This document shows positions 44,187 to 53,390 of a stretch of 64,000 nucleotides of DNA, in pieces. Made by a program: the position numbers and the translations under genes. The notes beneath the pieces were generated by a model that saw nothing but the letters and a program-made list of their open reading frames with translations, was not told the origin of the DNA and did not search any database. How positions within the stretch are numbered: position 1 is the first letter of the stretch; every line of letters starts with the position of its first letter. Source of the stretch: Acidimicrobiales bacterium (lineage in GTDB: Bacteria > Actinomycetota > Acidimicrobiia > Acidimicrobiales > DASSOZ01); contig DASSOZ010000008.1 of NCBI GenBank assembly GCA_035700105.1, positions 3,385 through 67,384 on the forward strand, written 5' to 3'.

Positions 44187-45539
44187 CTAGCGCGACGACT
44201 TCTTGGACGCGTTCTTCGCGGCCTTCTGCGCCGGTGCCTTCTTGGCGGCGACCTTCTTCGCCGCCGCCTTCTTGGTCGGCGCCTTCGTCGTGGCCGCCTT
44301 CTTCGCCGGCGGCGCCTGCTTCTTCCGCGCCGGTGCCTTCTGCGGTGAGGCGGCCGCCTTCTTCGTGGCGGCCTTCTTGGTGGCGGCCTTCTTCGCCGGC
44401 GGCGCCTGCTTCTTCGGCGCCGGTGTCGTGCCGGCCGCGGGCTTCTTGGCCGCGCGCGTGGCGGGCCCGGCCGCCTTCTTCCCCGCCGCTTTCTCCGCCT
44501 TCTTGGCCGCCTTCTTCGGCTCCGCCGCCGTCCCGGCGGACGCGACCGCGGCCGCCTTCTTGCGCGCCTTCTGCTGCTCGGCGCGGATCTCGGCCTTGAC
44601 CGTCTCGTCGGTCGGCGCGCCGCCGATGTGCTCGAACCCGGGCACCGCGAGCTCGACGCCGCGCCGCTGCGCGTCGAGCGCCTGCACGACGAACTCGCGG
44701 GTCTCGCCCTTCTTCATGACCTCGCGGGCGGCGCGAGGCGGCGGTGTGCCCATCGCCGTGAGCGGGACGTAGCAGGTCGTCTCGTCGACCGTCACGAACG
44801 CGCCGTGCGACGAGAACCGGTCGACGACTGCCTGCACCCGCGAACCGAGCTTGTAGGTCGTGATGAAACGGATGAACGGCGCCGGATCGTTCACCGCTTC
44901 CGGCGACGGCGCACCACCCGACGACCGGCGCCGCCGACGCCGCCGGCGGCCGTTGCCGTCACCGTTGTCGACGGCGACCGTCGACCCCGCCGGTTCGAGG
45001 ACGTCCTCGGTCGCCTCGGCGATCGCCTCCTCGATCGGCTTCGCCTTGCGACCGGCGCCGCTCTTCTTCTTCGCCTCCTTGATCGACTCGCGGCTCTTCG
45101 GCCCACGCACCGGGGTGCGCAGCGAGAAGATCCATCCGACTCCGGGGACCGGCGTGCCGCCGATCAGCCGTCCGCGCTCGAACAACCACCCGTATTCGCC
45201 GTGGTACTCCTGGAACGAGTCGTTCGACAGCACGACCGCGTCGGTGCGGTCGGCGATCTGCAGGAGGAACCCGTCGCCCCGGCCGACAGCGCCAGCGGGC
45301 GGCGAGACCAGCTCGCCGGTCGTGCGGGCCTTCTCGAACTCGGCCCGGTCGGAGTCGTCGATGCGATACGAGAACGACGCGTCGACGACGACCGTGATCT
45401 GGTCGTCGGGGTTGTCGGCCTTCCAGGCCGCGACCGCGTCGCGCAGTTGGGACAGGCTGGGCAGCGCGCGGCCTTCGGTGGCGATGTTCGAACCGTCCAC
45501 CACGACGCGCCGTTTTGACATTGCGCGAAAGTCAACCAT
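44187..45539 (-). CDS. Zc3h12a/NYN-type RNase domain + S1 domain + Lys/Ala-rich histone-H1-like tail protein
   Basis: RRVVVDGSNIATEG...ITVVVDAS...DGFLLQIADRTDAVVLSNDSFQEY parallels the MCPIP1/Zc3h12a nuclease core. S1-like segment GSRVQAVVDRFSSHGAFVTVD...GETREFVVQALD. About 120 aa of AKKAA repeats at the C-terminus. Confidence 0.8.
   Translation of the reverse strand: MVDFRAMSKRRVVVDGSNIATEGRALPSLSQLRDAVAAWKADNPDDQITVVVDASFSYRIDDSDRAEFEKARTTGELVSPPAGAVGRGDGFLLQIADRTDAVVLSNDSFQEYHGEYGWLFERGRLIGGTPVPGVGWIFSLRTPVRGPKSRESIKEAKKKSGAGRKAKPIEEAIAEATEDVLEPAGSTVAVDNGDGNGRRRRRRRRSSGGAPSPEAVNDPAPFIRFITTYKLGSRVQAVVDRFSSHGAFVTVDETTCYVPLTAMGTPPPRAAREVMKKGETREFVVQALDAQRRGVELAVPGFEHIGGAPTDETVKAEIRAEQQKARKKAAAVASAGTAAEPKKAAKKAEKAAGKKAAGPATRAAKKPAAGTTPAPKKQAPPAKKAATKKAATKKAAASPQKAPARKKQAPPAKKAATTKAPTKKAAAKKVAAKKAPAQKAAKNASKKSSR
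44200..44560 (-). repeat. coding low-complexity (AAKK)n region containing a 90-nt tandem duplication
   Basis: GGCCGCCTTCTTCGCCGGCGGCGCCTGCTTCTTC at 44292 recurs at 44382 with one substitution (30-aa period, KKQAPPAKKAAT). Confidence 0.8.
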
Positions 45540-45592
45540 TCAGCCCTTGGGAAGTCGCGAACCCGACACGTCGGGATAGGTAGGTTGCGGCC

Positions 45593-46936
45593 ATGACGTC
45601 AGATCGCACGGGCGAGGTGACCGAGCTGCTCCAGCAGCTCATCCGCAACCGGTGCGTCAACGACGGCAGCGACGAGTCGGGCCACGAGGCCCGCAGCGTC
45701 GACCTCCTCGAGGGCTACCTCGAGGGCACCGGCCTCGACGTCGAGCGCTACGAGCCGCTCCCCGGCCGCGCCAGCCTCGTCGCACGGATCGAAGGGACCG
45801 ATCCGGACGCGCCGGCGCTCATGCTGATGGGCCACACCGACGTCGTCCCGGCCAACCCCGACGGCTGGCGGCACGACCCCTACGGCGGCGAGCTGATCGA
45901 CGGCGAGGTGTGGGGCCGGGGTGCGGTCGACATGCTCAACCTCACGTCGTCGATGGCGGTGGCGACGAAGGCGCTCGCCCGTTCGGGGTTCCGGCCTCGC
46001 GGCACGCTGATCTACCTCGCCGTCGCCGACGAGGAGGCGCTCGGGACGCACGGCGCGTCGTACCTGACCGAGCACGAGCGCGATGCGGTCGCGTGCGACT
46101 ACGTCGTCACCGAGTCGGGCGGGTTCGTCATCCCGACGCCCAGCGGTCCGAAGCTGCCGATCATCGTCGGCGAGAAGGGCACGTACTGGTGCGTCCTGCG
46201 CGTGCACGGCACGCCGGGCCACGCGAGTCAGCCGCTGCGGACCGACAACGCGCTCGTGAAGGCGGCCGAGGTCGTCCGCCGCCTCGCCGAGTACCGGCCC
46301 GAGACGCAGATCCACGAGACGTGGCGTCGCTTCGTCGAGGGCATGGAGTTCCCCGACGAGTTCCGCGACGCGCTGCTCGACCCGGACAAGGTGTGGCAGT
46401 TCGTCCACGACCTCCCGATGCTCGGGCTCGCCCGCCAGGCGCACGCGTGCACGCACACCACGATCGCGCCGACGGTCGTGCACGGCGGGACGAAGACGAA
46501 CGTCATCCCCGACCGCGTCGAGCTCGAGCTCGACATCCGCACGCTTCCCGGTCAGACGGCGGACGAGCTGCAGGCGATGCTGCGCGATGCGATCGGTCCG
46601 GATCTCGTCGACGACGTCGAGATCGTGAACGTCGCCGACGATCCCGCGTCGGCATCGCCGGTCGACACACCGCTGTGGGACGTGTTGACGCGCGCCGCGC
46701 AGTCGCTCCATCCCGGGACGTCGACGGTGCCGTTCATGACCGTGGGCGCGACGGACTCACGGTTCTTCCGCCGCCTGGGCGTCACGGCGTACGGGTTCGG
46801 GTTGTTCAGCGAGCGCATCGGGTTCGAGGAGTTCTCGGCGATGTTCCACGGTGACGACGAGCGGGTGGACGTCGAGTCGCTCCGCCTGTCGACCGACCTG
46901 TGGGACGTGGTGGCCCGGGACCTGCTGTCGGCGTGA
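45593..46936 (+). CDS. M20-family metallopeptidase (ArgE/DapE/CPG2-like)
   Basis: LMGHTDVVPA, AVADEEALG, SGG.., GATDSRFF. TAGGTT box lies 6 nt upstream of the ATG. Confidence 0.9.
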   Translation: MTSDRTGEVTELLQQLIRNRCVNDGSDESGHEARSVDLLEGYLEGTGLDVERYEPLPGRASLVARIEGTDPDAPALMLMGHTDVVPANPDGWRHDPYGGELIDGEVWGRGAVDMLNLTSSMAVATKALARSGFRPRGTLIYLAVADEEALGTHGASYLTEHERDAVACDYVVTESGGFVIPTPSGPKLPIIVGEKGTYWCVLRVHGTPGHASQPLRTDNALVKAAEVVRRLAEYRPETQIHETWRRFVEGMEFPDEFRDALLDPDKVWQFVHDLPMLGLARQAHACTHTTIAPTVVHGGTKTNVIPDRVELELDIRTLPGQTADELQAMLRDAIGPDLVDDVEIVNVADDPASASPVDTPLWDVLTRAAQSLHPGTSTVPFMTVGATDSRFFRRLGVTAYGFGLFSERIGFEEFSAMFHGDDERVDVESLRLSTDLWDVVARDLLSA

Positions 46937-47568
46937 GCGGCGCTGGTGTCCGCGCCGTCCTGTGGGATTTCGGCGGCGTGATCCTGACGAGCCCGTTCGA
47001 CGCGTTCGCGTCGTACGAGCGTGACGCCCACCTGCCCGACGGGTTCATCCGCGGTCTCAACTCGACGAACCCCGACGGCAACGCGTGGGCGCGCTTCGAG
47101 CGCAGCGAAGTGACCTTCGACGAGTTCTGCCGTCTGTTCGAGGCGGAGGCGGTCGCCGCCGGCGGGACGCTCGACGCCCGCAAGCTCATGCTCGGGCTGC
47201 GGGGCGAGGTCCGTCCCGCGATGGTGCGGGCGCTCTCGCGCATCCGCGACGCGGGGTTGCTGCAGGCGCTGCTCACGAACAACTTCGTCGGCGAGGACGA
47301 CCCGGGGATGGGCGCGCTGCACGACGTCGTGTCGATCTTCGACGCCGTCGTGGAGTCGAGCCGCGTCGGTGTCCGCAAGCCGGACGTGCGGTTCTACGAG
47401 CTGGCGTGCTCGTTGCTGGACGTCGCCCCGGACGAGTGCGTGTTCCTCGACGACCTCGGGGTGAACCTCAAGCCGGCACGGGCGATGGGGATGAGGACGA
47501 TAAAGGTCGTCGACCCGTCCGTCGCGCTCGGCGAGCTGTCGGCGGTGCTCGGCTTCGCGCTCGACTAG
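46933..47568 (+). CDS. HAD-superfamily hydrolase (epoxide-hydrolase N-terminal phosphatase-like)
   Basis: GTG 46933 (GTGA overlap): RAVLWDFGGVILTSPF...LLTNN...VRKPD...FLDDLGVNL. Confidence 0.85.
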   Translation: MSGAGVRAVLWDFGGVILTSPFDAFASYERDAHLPDGFIRGLNSTNPDGNAWARFERSEVTFDEFCRLFEAEAVAAGGTLDARKLMLGLRGEVRPAMVRALSRIRDAGLLQALLTNNFVGEDDPGMGALHDVVSIFDAVVESSRVGVRKPDVRFYELACSLLDVAPDECVFLDDLGVNLKPARAMGMRTIKVVDPSVALGELSAVLGFALD

Positions 47569-48644
47569 GCGCGCCGTCGCAGCGGCGGTCGCCGGTACGC
47601 GAGGCCGCGGTCGGACGTCCACGGCGCGTACGGCGCCATCGTCAGCCCGGCGAGGCCGGTGACGAGCGCGTCGTAGTTGACGCGCCAGCCGGCGAAGTCA
47701 CGCCAGGCGGCGTCGCGGTCGGTGCGGACCGGGAGGCCCTCGGCGGCGAGGTGGTCGACGACCTCGTCGAACTCGTCGCGGGTGACGGTGATCGGGTCGT
47801 CGGGCGACGGGTCGGGGTCGAACGGCAGCGAGAAGTAGTCGGCGATGTGGCGCAGGCTCACGGTGCCGGTGCGGATGCACAGGGCGGCGTCGGGCTCGCG
47901 GGGTAGGTCGAGGGCGGCGAGCCGGAGCGAGGCCGTGTCGAGGACGCAGCCCGACGCCGTCACCCACGAGCGTTGTGGTTGCGGGCTGCGGAAGAAGCTC
48001 AGCGCGGCGAGGGACGTGTGCGTCTCGGCGATGTCGATGAACCACGCCTGCCAGTCGGCCCACAGTTCGGGGAGGCGGTCGATCCAGTCGATGCGCCAGG
48101 CCCTGATCAGGAGCTCGCTCGGTGTGGGCGGTGAACCGGCGCGGACCTCGAGCATGGCGACGGTGGCTTCCCGGCGGGAGAACGCCGTGTACATCGTCGG
48201 CAGGTACGCGAGCAGGAGGGCGAGGAGGCCGAGTCCGATCGTCGCCTCGAGGAACGCTGCCGCCGTCGTGACGAGGTCGGGCGGGGGCGCGAACCCGAGC
48301 GTGAACAGCGACGACCCGCTCTCCCGGAACGCCTCGCGCAGCGCGCCGACGTCGAGCGCCCAGAAGATCGCCGTGAAGCCGGCGAGGACGCACACGAGCC
48401 ACACGACCGGGAGCACGATCAGCGTCATCGGCGCGTACGACGCCATCACGCGGTCGCGGCCCTCGTAGTCGTCGGCCCGGTTGGCCCGCACCATGAACAT
48501 GCGCCTCGATGCCAGGAACACCGCTCGCGTGAGCCACACGGGGATCGCCCTGGGAACGACGAACGTCCGCACCGCCGACACGAGCACCGCGGCCGCGACC
48601 GTCCCGCCCGCGACTCCGACCACGACCCGCACCACGACGTCCAC
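47565..48644 (-). CDS. hypothetical membrane protein (N-terminal TM region plus soluble C-terminal domain)
   Basis: 359 aa with four hydrophobic segments. I recognise no family. Confidence 0.7.
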   Translation of the reverse strand: MDVVVRVVVGVAGGTVAAAVLVSAVRTFVVPRAIPVWLTRAVFLASRRMFMVRANRADDYEGRDRVMASYAPMTLIVLPVVWLVCVLAGFTAIFWALDVGALREAFRESGSSLFTLGFAPPPDLVTTAAAFLEATIGLGLLALLLAYLPTMYTAFSRREATVAMLEVRAGSPPTPSELLIRAWRIDWIDRLPELWADWQAWFIDIAETHTSLAALSFFRSPQPQRSWVTASGCVLDTASLRLAALDLPREPDAALCIRTGTVSLRHIADYFSLPFDPDPSPDDPITVTRDEFDEVVDHLAAEGLPVRTDRDAAWRDFAGWRVNYDALVTGLAGLTMAPYAPWTSDRGLAYRRPPLRRRA

Positions 48645-48660
48645 CGCCGGACGCTAACTC

Positions 48661-48712
48661 CCAGGATGATGCCGTAGACCACCGCTGAGGTGGGTCTACG
48701 GCATCACCCTCG
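48661..48712. repeat. 52-nt palindromic element, family 3 copy D1
   Basis: CCAGGATGATGCCGTAGACCACC GCTGAG GTGGGTCTACGGCATCACCCTCG. Contains the stop codon of the 48696..49649 gene. Confidence 0.9.
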
Positions 48713-49649
48713 CGAGGACGGCCTCGAGATTGTCGACGAAGGCGACGAACCCGCTCCGGCGATCGAGGGCGGTGGCGACGAGGAACGTCCAGCCGGCGGC
48801 GACGATGCGGTTGGCGCGTGCGATGTCCCGCACCGCCGCGCGCGGCGTCCCGTGAAAGTCGGTGCTGTCGTATTCCATGGCGATGCACGCGGGCGGCGGA
48901 TAGCCGACATCGGCGGTGGCGATCTGCTTGCCGGTGTGGTCGAAGATCGGCACCTGACGGTCGGGATCCGGCAACCCGCGCTCCTGAATTGCGCGCACGA
49001 GCTCCATCTCGGGCTCGCTGTCGGGGATCCGCTTTCCGGGCGTCCAGGCGTCGAGGACGGCGATGAGCCGGCGGGCACCTGCGCGCCCCGGTGCGTCTTC
49101 GGCCCGGACCATCGCCTCACCGATCTCGTCGATCGTCGTCCGCCGGCGGACGAGGACGTGGTCGACAAGCGAGGTGAGCCGACTCTCGGGCAGGACGGCA
49201 GCGAGGTCGACGATCGTGCGGGCGACCGACGTCACCGGGATCGGCCCCACGTCGACGACGTCAGGCACGAACAGGTGCGTCGCCTGGTGGACGATCGCGA
49301 GCGGGCTGCGGGTCGCACGCCCCCGCGGCACCGACACGTGGACGCGGCCGGCCCGAATCCCGTCGAGGTCGTGGACCATCGCCGCCGACTGAAGCGACCC
49401 GGCGGCGTGGTCGAGGCCGAGGCACGCTGCGAGCAGCCGCTGCTCGTACGTCACGGGCCATGTGCTGTGGCGATACACGCCTCGCACAACGCGACTCCAT
49501 TCACCGTTCGCCAGACGACGCTCGATCTGACGCACGGTGTGTCCGCCGGCCAGTACCTGCGCGCGGGTGACGAGACCCAACTGGTTGCGAAAGTGGTCGT
49601 CGAGCACGGCCTTCCCTCCGAGGAGAACGACGTTTCGGGGGAAGAGCAA
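48696..49649 (-). CDS. AbiEi-like N-terminal HTH + DUF559 (Vsr-endonuclease-like) domain protein
   Basis: GLVTRAQVLAGGHTVRQIERRLANGEWSRVVRGVY (AbiEi_4-like)...SEPEMELVRAIQERGLPDPDRQ...IAMEYDS...D..R.N.....GW (DUF559-like). Noticeably more A/T-ending codons than its neighbours. Confidence 0.8.
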   Translation of the reverse strand: MLFPRNVVLLGGKAVLDDHFRNQLGLVTRAQVLAGGHTVRQIERRLANGEWSRVVRGVYRHSTWPVTYEQRLLAACLGLDHAAGSLQSAAMVHDLDGIRAGRVHVSVPRGRATRSPLAIVHQATHLFVPDVVDVGPIPVTSVARTIVDLAAVLPESRLTSLVDHVLVRRRTTIDEIGEAMVRAEDAPGRAGARRLIAVLDAWTPGKRIPDSEPEMELVRAIQERGLPDPDRQVPIFDHTGKQIATADVGYPPPACIAMEYDSTDFHGTPRAAVRDIARANRIVAAGWTFLVATALDRRSGFVAFVDNLEAVLARVMP

Positions 49650-49652
49650 CCG

Positions 49653-49704
49653 CCAGGGTGATGCCGTAGACCACCGCTGAGGTGGTTCTACGGCATCAGC
49701 CTGG
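49653..49704. repeat. 52-nt palindromic element, family 3 copy D2
   Basis: CCAGGGTGATGCCGTAGACCACC GCTGAG GTGGTTCTACGGCATCAGCCTGG; 48/52 identical to D1. Contains the kgd stop codon. Confidence 0.9.
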
Positions 49705-52700
49705 CAGGTTCAAAGCCCGGGCCACCAGGTCTTCCTGTTCCTGCTGGTGGACCGACAGGGAGCCGGCAGCCGGGGAACCCGACTCGCGGCGGGACGAGAC
49801 CGACACGGGCAGGCGGCCGGCGAAGAGCGACGCCAGGCGGCCGCCGGCGAACGGCCACGCGCCCATGTTCTGCGGCTCCTCCTGGACCCACACGACCGAC
49901 TCGGCGTTGGGGTAACGCGACGCGACGAGCGACGACAGCGCGTCGCCCGGCCACGGGAACAGCTGCTCGACGCGAACCACCGCGACGGGCGACGACGCCG
50001 CGTCGCGGGCCTTCATCACGTCGTACGCGACCTTGCCGCTGCACAGGATCACGCGCCGCACGCCGTCGGGAGCGGCGACGAACGGGTCGTCGAGCACCTC
50101 CTCGAACGAGCCCGACTCCAGCGCGGAGATCGGCGAGCGCGCCTCACGGGCCCGCAGCAGCGACTTCGGCGTGAAGATCACCAGCGGCTTGCGGATGTCG
50201 CGGTGCAACTGGCGCCGCAGGACGTGGAAGAACTGCGCCGACGTCGTGCAGTTGACGACCTGGAGGTTGTCCTCGGCCGACAGCGTGAGGAACCGCTCGA
50301 TGCGGGCCGACGAGTGCTCCGGCCCCTGACCCTCGTACCCGTGCGGCAGCAGCAGCACGAGCCCGGACGTCTGTTGCCACTTGTCCTCGGCGGCGGCGAT
50401 GAACTGGTCGATGACGATCTGCGCGCCGTTGATGAAGTCGCCGAACTGGGCCTCCCAGCACACGAGCACGTCCTTGGCGACGACCGAGTAGCCGTACTCG
50501 AAGCCGAGCGCGGCGTACTCCGAGAGCGACGAGTCGTAGATCCAGAACTGACCCTGCCCGTCCCCGAGGTAGCGCAGGGGCGTGTACTCCTCGGCCGAGT
50601 CGTAGTCGACCAGCACGGCGTGCCGGTGCGAGAACGTGCCCCGCCGCGTGTCCTGCCCGGCGACGCGGATGTCGCTGCCCTCGGCCAGCAGCGACCCGAA
50701 CGCGAGGAACTCCGCCAGCGCCCAGTCGACCTCGCCGGCCGCGTACATCTTCTCGTGCGCGACCAGCTGCTTCGCCAGCTTCGGATGGACGACGAAGCCC
50801 TCCGGCGCGCCGAACCGCAACGCAGCGATGCGGTCGAGCTCCGCACGCGGGACGCCGGTCGGGACGTGTGGCAGCACGCCGAGCGGTTCGGGTGCGGGAC
50901 GCGCCCGCAGTCCCTTCGGCGGTGCCGACGAGCGCGTCTCCTCCAGCGCGGTCTGCAGCCGCGAGTGGAAGTCCTCGAGCGCGGCCTCCGCCTCTTCGAG
51001 CGTGATGTCGCCGCGGTTGACGAGCGCCTCGGTGTACAGCTTGCGCACCGAGCGCCGCTCCTCGATGCGCTTGTACATCAGCGGCTGTGTGTAGCTCGGC
51101 TCGTCGCCCTCGTTGTGACCGAGGCGCCGGTAGCACAGCATGTCGATGACGACGTCCTTGTGGAACGCCTGGCGGAACTCGTACGCCAGCCGTGCCACCC
51201 GCACGCACGCCTCGGGGTCGTCGCCGTTCACGTGGAAGATCGGCGCCTGCACCATCTTCGCCACGTCGGTCGCGTAGGTCGACGAGCGCGCCGCTTCCGG
51301 CGGCGTCGTGAACCCGACCTGGTTGTTGACGACGAGGTGGACCGTGCCGCCCGTGCGGTACCCGCGCAGCTGCGACAGGTTCAGCGTCTCGGCGACGACG
51401 CCCTGGCCGGCGAACGCGGCGTCGCCGTGCACGATCAGCGGCAGCACGGAGAACGACTCCGGCCGGTTGATGCGGTCCTGCATCGCGCGCGCCATGCCCT
51501 CGACGACGGGGTCGACCGCCTCGAGGTGCGACGGGTTCGACGCCAGCACGACCTCGATCTCGCCGCCCGCCTGGCTGACGAACTTGCCGTGCGAGCCCTT
51601 GTGGTACTTCACGTCGCCCGAGCCCTGGATCGTCTCGGGGTCGATGTCGCCCTCGAACTCGCGGAAGATCTCGCGCACCGACTTGCCCACGATGTTCGCC
51701 AGCACGTTCAGCCGGCCGCGGTGGGCCATGCCCATCACCGCGGCGTCGAGCTGCTCGTCGGCGGCGGCGCCGAGGATCGCGTCGATGATGACGATGGCGG
51801 ACTCGGCGCCGTCGATGCCGAACCGCTTGTGCCCCATGTACTTCGTGTTGAGGAACTTCTCGAACGCCTCCGCCGCGTTCAGCCGCCCGAGGATGTGACG
51901 CTGGTCATCGGGCGACAGCACGACCTGCACACCCTCGACGTGCTCCTGGATCCAGCGCTTCTGGTCCGGCTCCTGGATGTGCATGTACTCGACGCCGATC
52001 GTGCGGCAGTAGGCGTCGCGCAACAGGCCGAGCAGGTCGCCGAGCGTCATCACGTCGTGACCGGCGATGCCGTCGACGAAGAACTCGCGGTCGAGGTCCC
52101 ACAACGTCAAGCCGTACGTCGCCGGGTCGAGCTCGGCGTGCGTCTTCGGTTCCTTCCACCGGAGCGGGTCGAGGTCGGCGATGAGGTGACCGCGGACGCG
52201 GAAGATGTTGATGAGCGTCTGGACGTGGACCTGCTTGGCCCGCTCGCTGTCCTCCTCGTCGGCGGGGTTGACGTCGCGCCGCCAGCGGACCGGCTCGTAC
52301 GGGACGTCGAGCGAGCGGAACACCTCGTCGTAGAAGCCGTCCTCGCCGAGCAGGAGCTTGTGGATGCGCTGCAGGAACAGGCCCGACTCCGCGCCCTGGA
52401 TGATGCGGTGGTCGTACGTCGACGTGAGCGTGATGACCTTCGACACGCCGAGCTTGGCGAGCATGTCGGGATCGGCGGCGCTGTACTCGGCCGGGTAGTC
52501 GATCGTCCCGACGCCGAGGATGACGCCCTGCCCGGGCATCAGCCGCGGCACCGAGTGGACCGTGCCGATCGTGCCGGGGTTGGTGAGCGAGCACGTCGTC
52601 CCGTCGAAGTCGGCGGGCGTGATCTTGTTGTTGCGGACCTTGCGGATGAGGTCCTCGTACGCCAGCCAGAACGCGCGGAAGTCGAGGGTGTCGGCCTGCT

Positions 52701-53331
52701 TGATGCACGGCACGAGGAGCGTGCGGCTCCCGTCGGACTTCTCGACGTCGACGGCGAGACCGAGGCCGACGTGGTCGTGTTCGACGATCGCCGGCTTGCC
52801 GTCGACGGTGGCGAACGAGCGGTTCATCGCCGGGACCTCGGCGATCGCCTTCACCATCGCGAAGCCGATGAGGTGGGTGAAGCTGATCTTCCCGCCGCGC
52901 GTGCGGGCGAGGTAGTTGTTGACGATCTTGCGGTTGACCTCGAGGAGCTTCGCCGGGACCGTGCGGACGCTCGTCGCCGTCGGCAGCTCGAGCGACCGCT
53001 CCATGTTCGTGGCGATGCGGGCGGCGGCGCCTCGCAGCTGCGTCGCGCCCGCCGGCGCCGGCGCCGGTGCGGGCGTCGGCTGCGGGGCCGCCGGCGCGGG
53101 CGCAGGTGCCGCGGCGGGCGCCGGTGCGGGCGCCGGGGCAGGCGGGGGAGCCGGCGCGGGTGCGGGCGCGGTGGCCGCCTGCCCGTTGCCCCCGGCTCGC
53201 CGGTAGTCGGCGAAGAAGTCCCGCCAGCTCTCGCTCACCGACGCCGGATCGGCGAGGTACTGCTCGTACATCTCGTCGACCAGCCAGTCGTTTGGTCCGA
53301 ACGTCCGCTCGACGGCCTGTGGGTCTGTCAT
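49696..53331 (-). CDS. kgd: multifunctional 2-oxoglutarate dehydrogenase/decarboxylase E1 with N-terminal E2-like acyltransferase domain
   Basis: 1211 aa; FGPNDWLVDEMYEQYL start, Ala/Pro linker, E2-like DHRIIQGAESGLFL, then E1 motifs (RGH..A..DPL, GMAHRGRLNVL, GDAAFAGQG). Confidence 0.95.
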   Translation of the reverse strand: MTDPQAVERTFGPNDWLVDEMYEQYLADPASVSESWRDFFADYRRAGGNGQAATAPAPAPAPPPAPAPAPAPAAAPAPAPAAPQPTPAPAPAPAGATQLRGAAARIATNMERSLELPTATSVRTVPAKLLEVNRKIVNNYLARTRGGKISFTHLIGFAMVKAIAEVPAMNRSFATVDGKPAIVEHDHVGLGLAVDVEKSDGSRTLLVPCIKQADTLDFRAFWLAYEDLIRKVRNNKITPADFDGTTCSLTNPGTIGTVHSVPRLMPGQGVILGVGTIDYPAEYSAADPDMLAKLGVSKVITLTSTYDHRIIQGAESGLFLQRIHKLLLGEDGFYDEVFRSLDVPYEPVRWRRDVNPADEEDSERAKQVHVQTLINIFRVRGHLIADLDPLRWKEPKTHAELDPATYGLTLWDLDREFFVDGIAGHDVMTLGDLLGLLRDAYCRTIGVEYMHIQEPDQKRWIQEHVEGVQVVLSPDDQRHILGRLNAAEAFEKFLNTKYMGHKRFGIDGAESAIVIIDAILGAAADEQLDAAVMGMAHRGRLNVLANIVGKSVREIFREFEGDIDPETIQGSGDVKYHKGSHGKFVSQAGGEIEVVLASNPSHLEAVDPVVEGMARAMQDRINRPESFSVLPLIVHGDAAFAGQGVVAETLNLSQLRGYRTGGTVHLVVNNQVGFTTPPEAARSSTYATDVAKMVQAPIFHVNGDDPEACVRVARLAYEFRQAFHKDVVIDMLCYRRLGHNEGDEPSYTQPLMYKRIEERRSVRKLYTEALVNRGDITLEEAEAALEDFHSRLQTALEETRSSAPPKGLRARPAPEPLGVLPHVPTGVPRAELDRIAALRFGAPEGFVVHPKLAKQLVAHEKMYAAGEVDWALAEFLAFGSLLAEGSDIRVAGQDTRRGTFSHRHAVLVDYDSAEEYTPLRYLGDGQGQFWIYDSSLSEYAALGFEYGYSVVAKDVLVCWEAQFGDFINGAQIVIDQFIAAAEDKWQQTSGLVLLLPHGYEGQGPEHSSARIERFLTLSAEDNLQVVNCTTSAQFFHVLRRQLHRDIRKPLVIFTPKSLLRAREARSPISALESGSFEEVLDDPFVAAPDGVRRVILCSGKVAYDVMKARDAASSPVAVVRVEQLFPWPGDALSSLVASRYPNAESVVWVQEEPQNMGAWPFAGGRLASLFAGRLPVSVSSRRESGSPAAGSLSVHQQEQEDLVARALNLPG
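53047..53178 (-). repeat. coding (Ala-Pro)n low-complexity linker of Kgd
   Basis: Residues about 52-95: ATAPAPAPAPPPAPAPAPAPAAAPAPAPAAPQPTPAPAPAPAG. Confidence 0.8.
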
Positions 53332-53390
53332 GCCGGTGTCGATCCTACCGACGCCCCGTTGCTGCGAATCCGTACAGAATGCGCAGAGAT

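Noticed and set aside
53047-53178. Short-period repeats here and at 44200..44560 as possible CRISPR or VNTR loci
   Set aside because: Both are in-frame coding low complexity: the Ala-Pro linker of Kgd and the Lys-Ala tail of the NYN-S1 protein. No repeat-spacer organisation is present.
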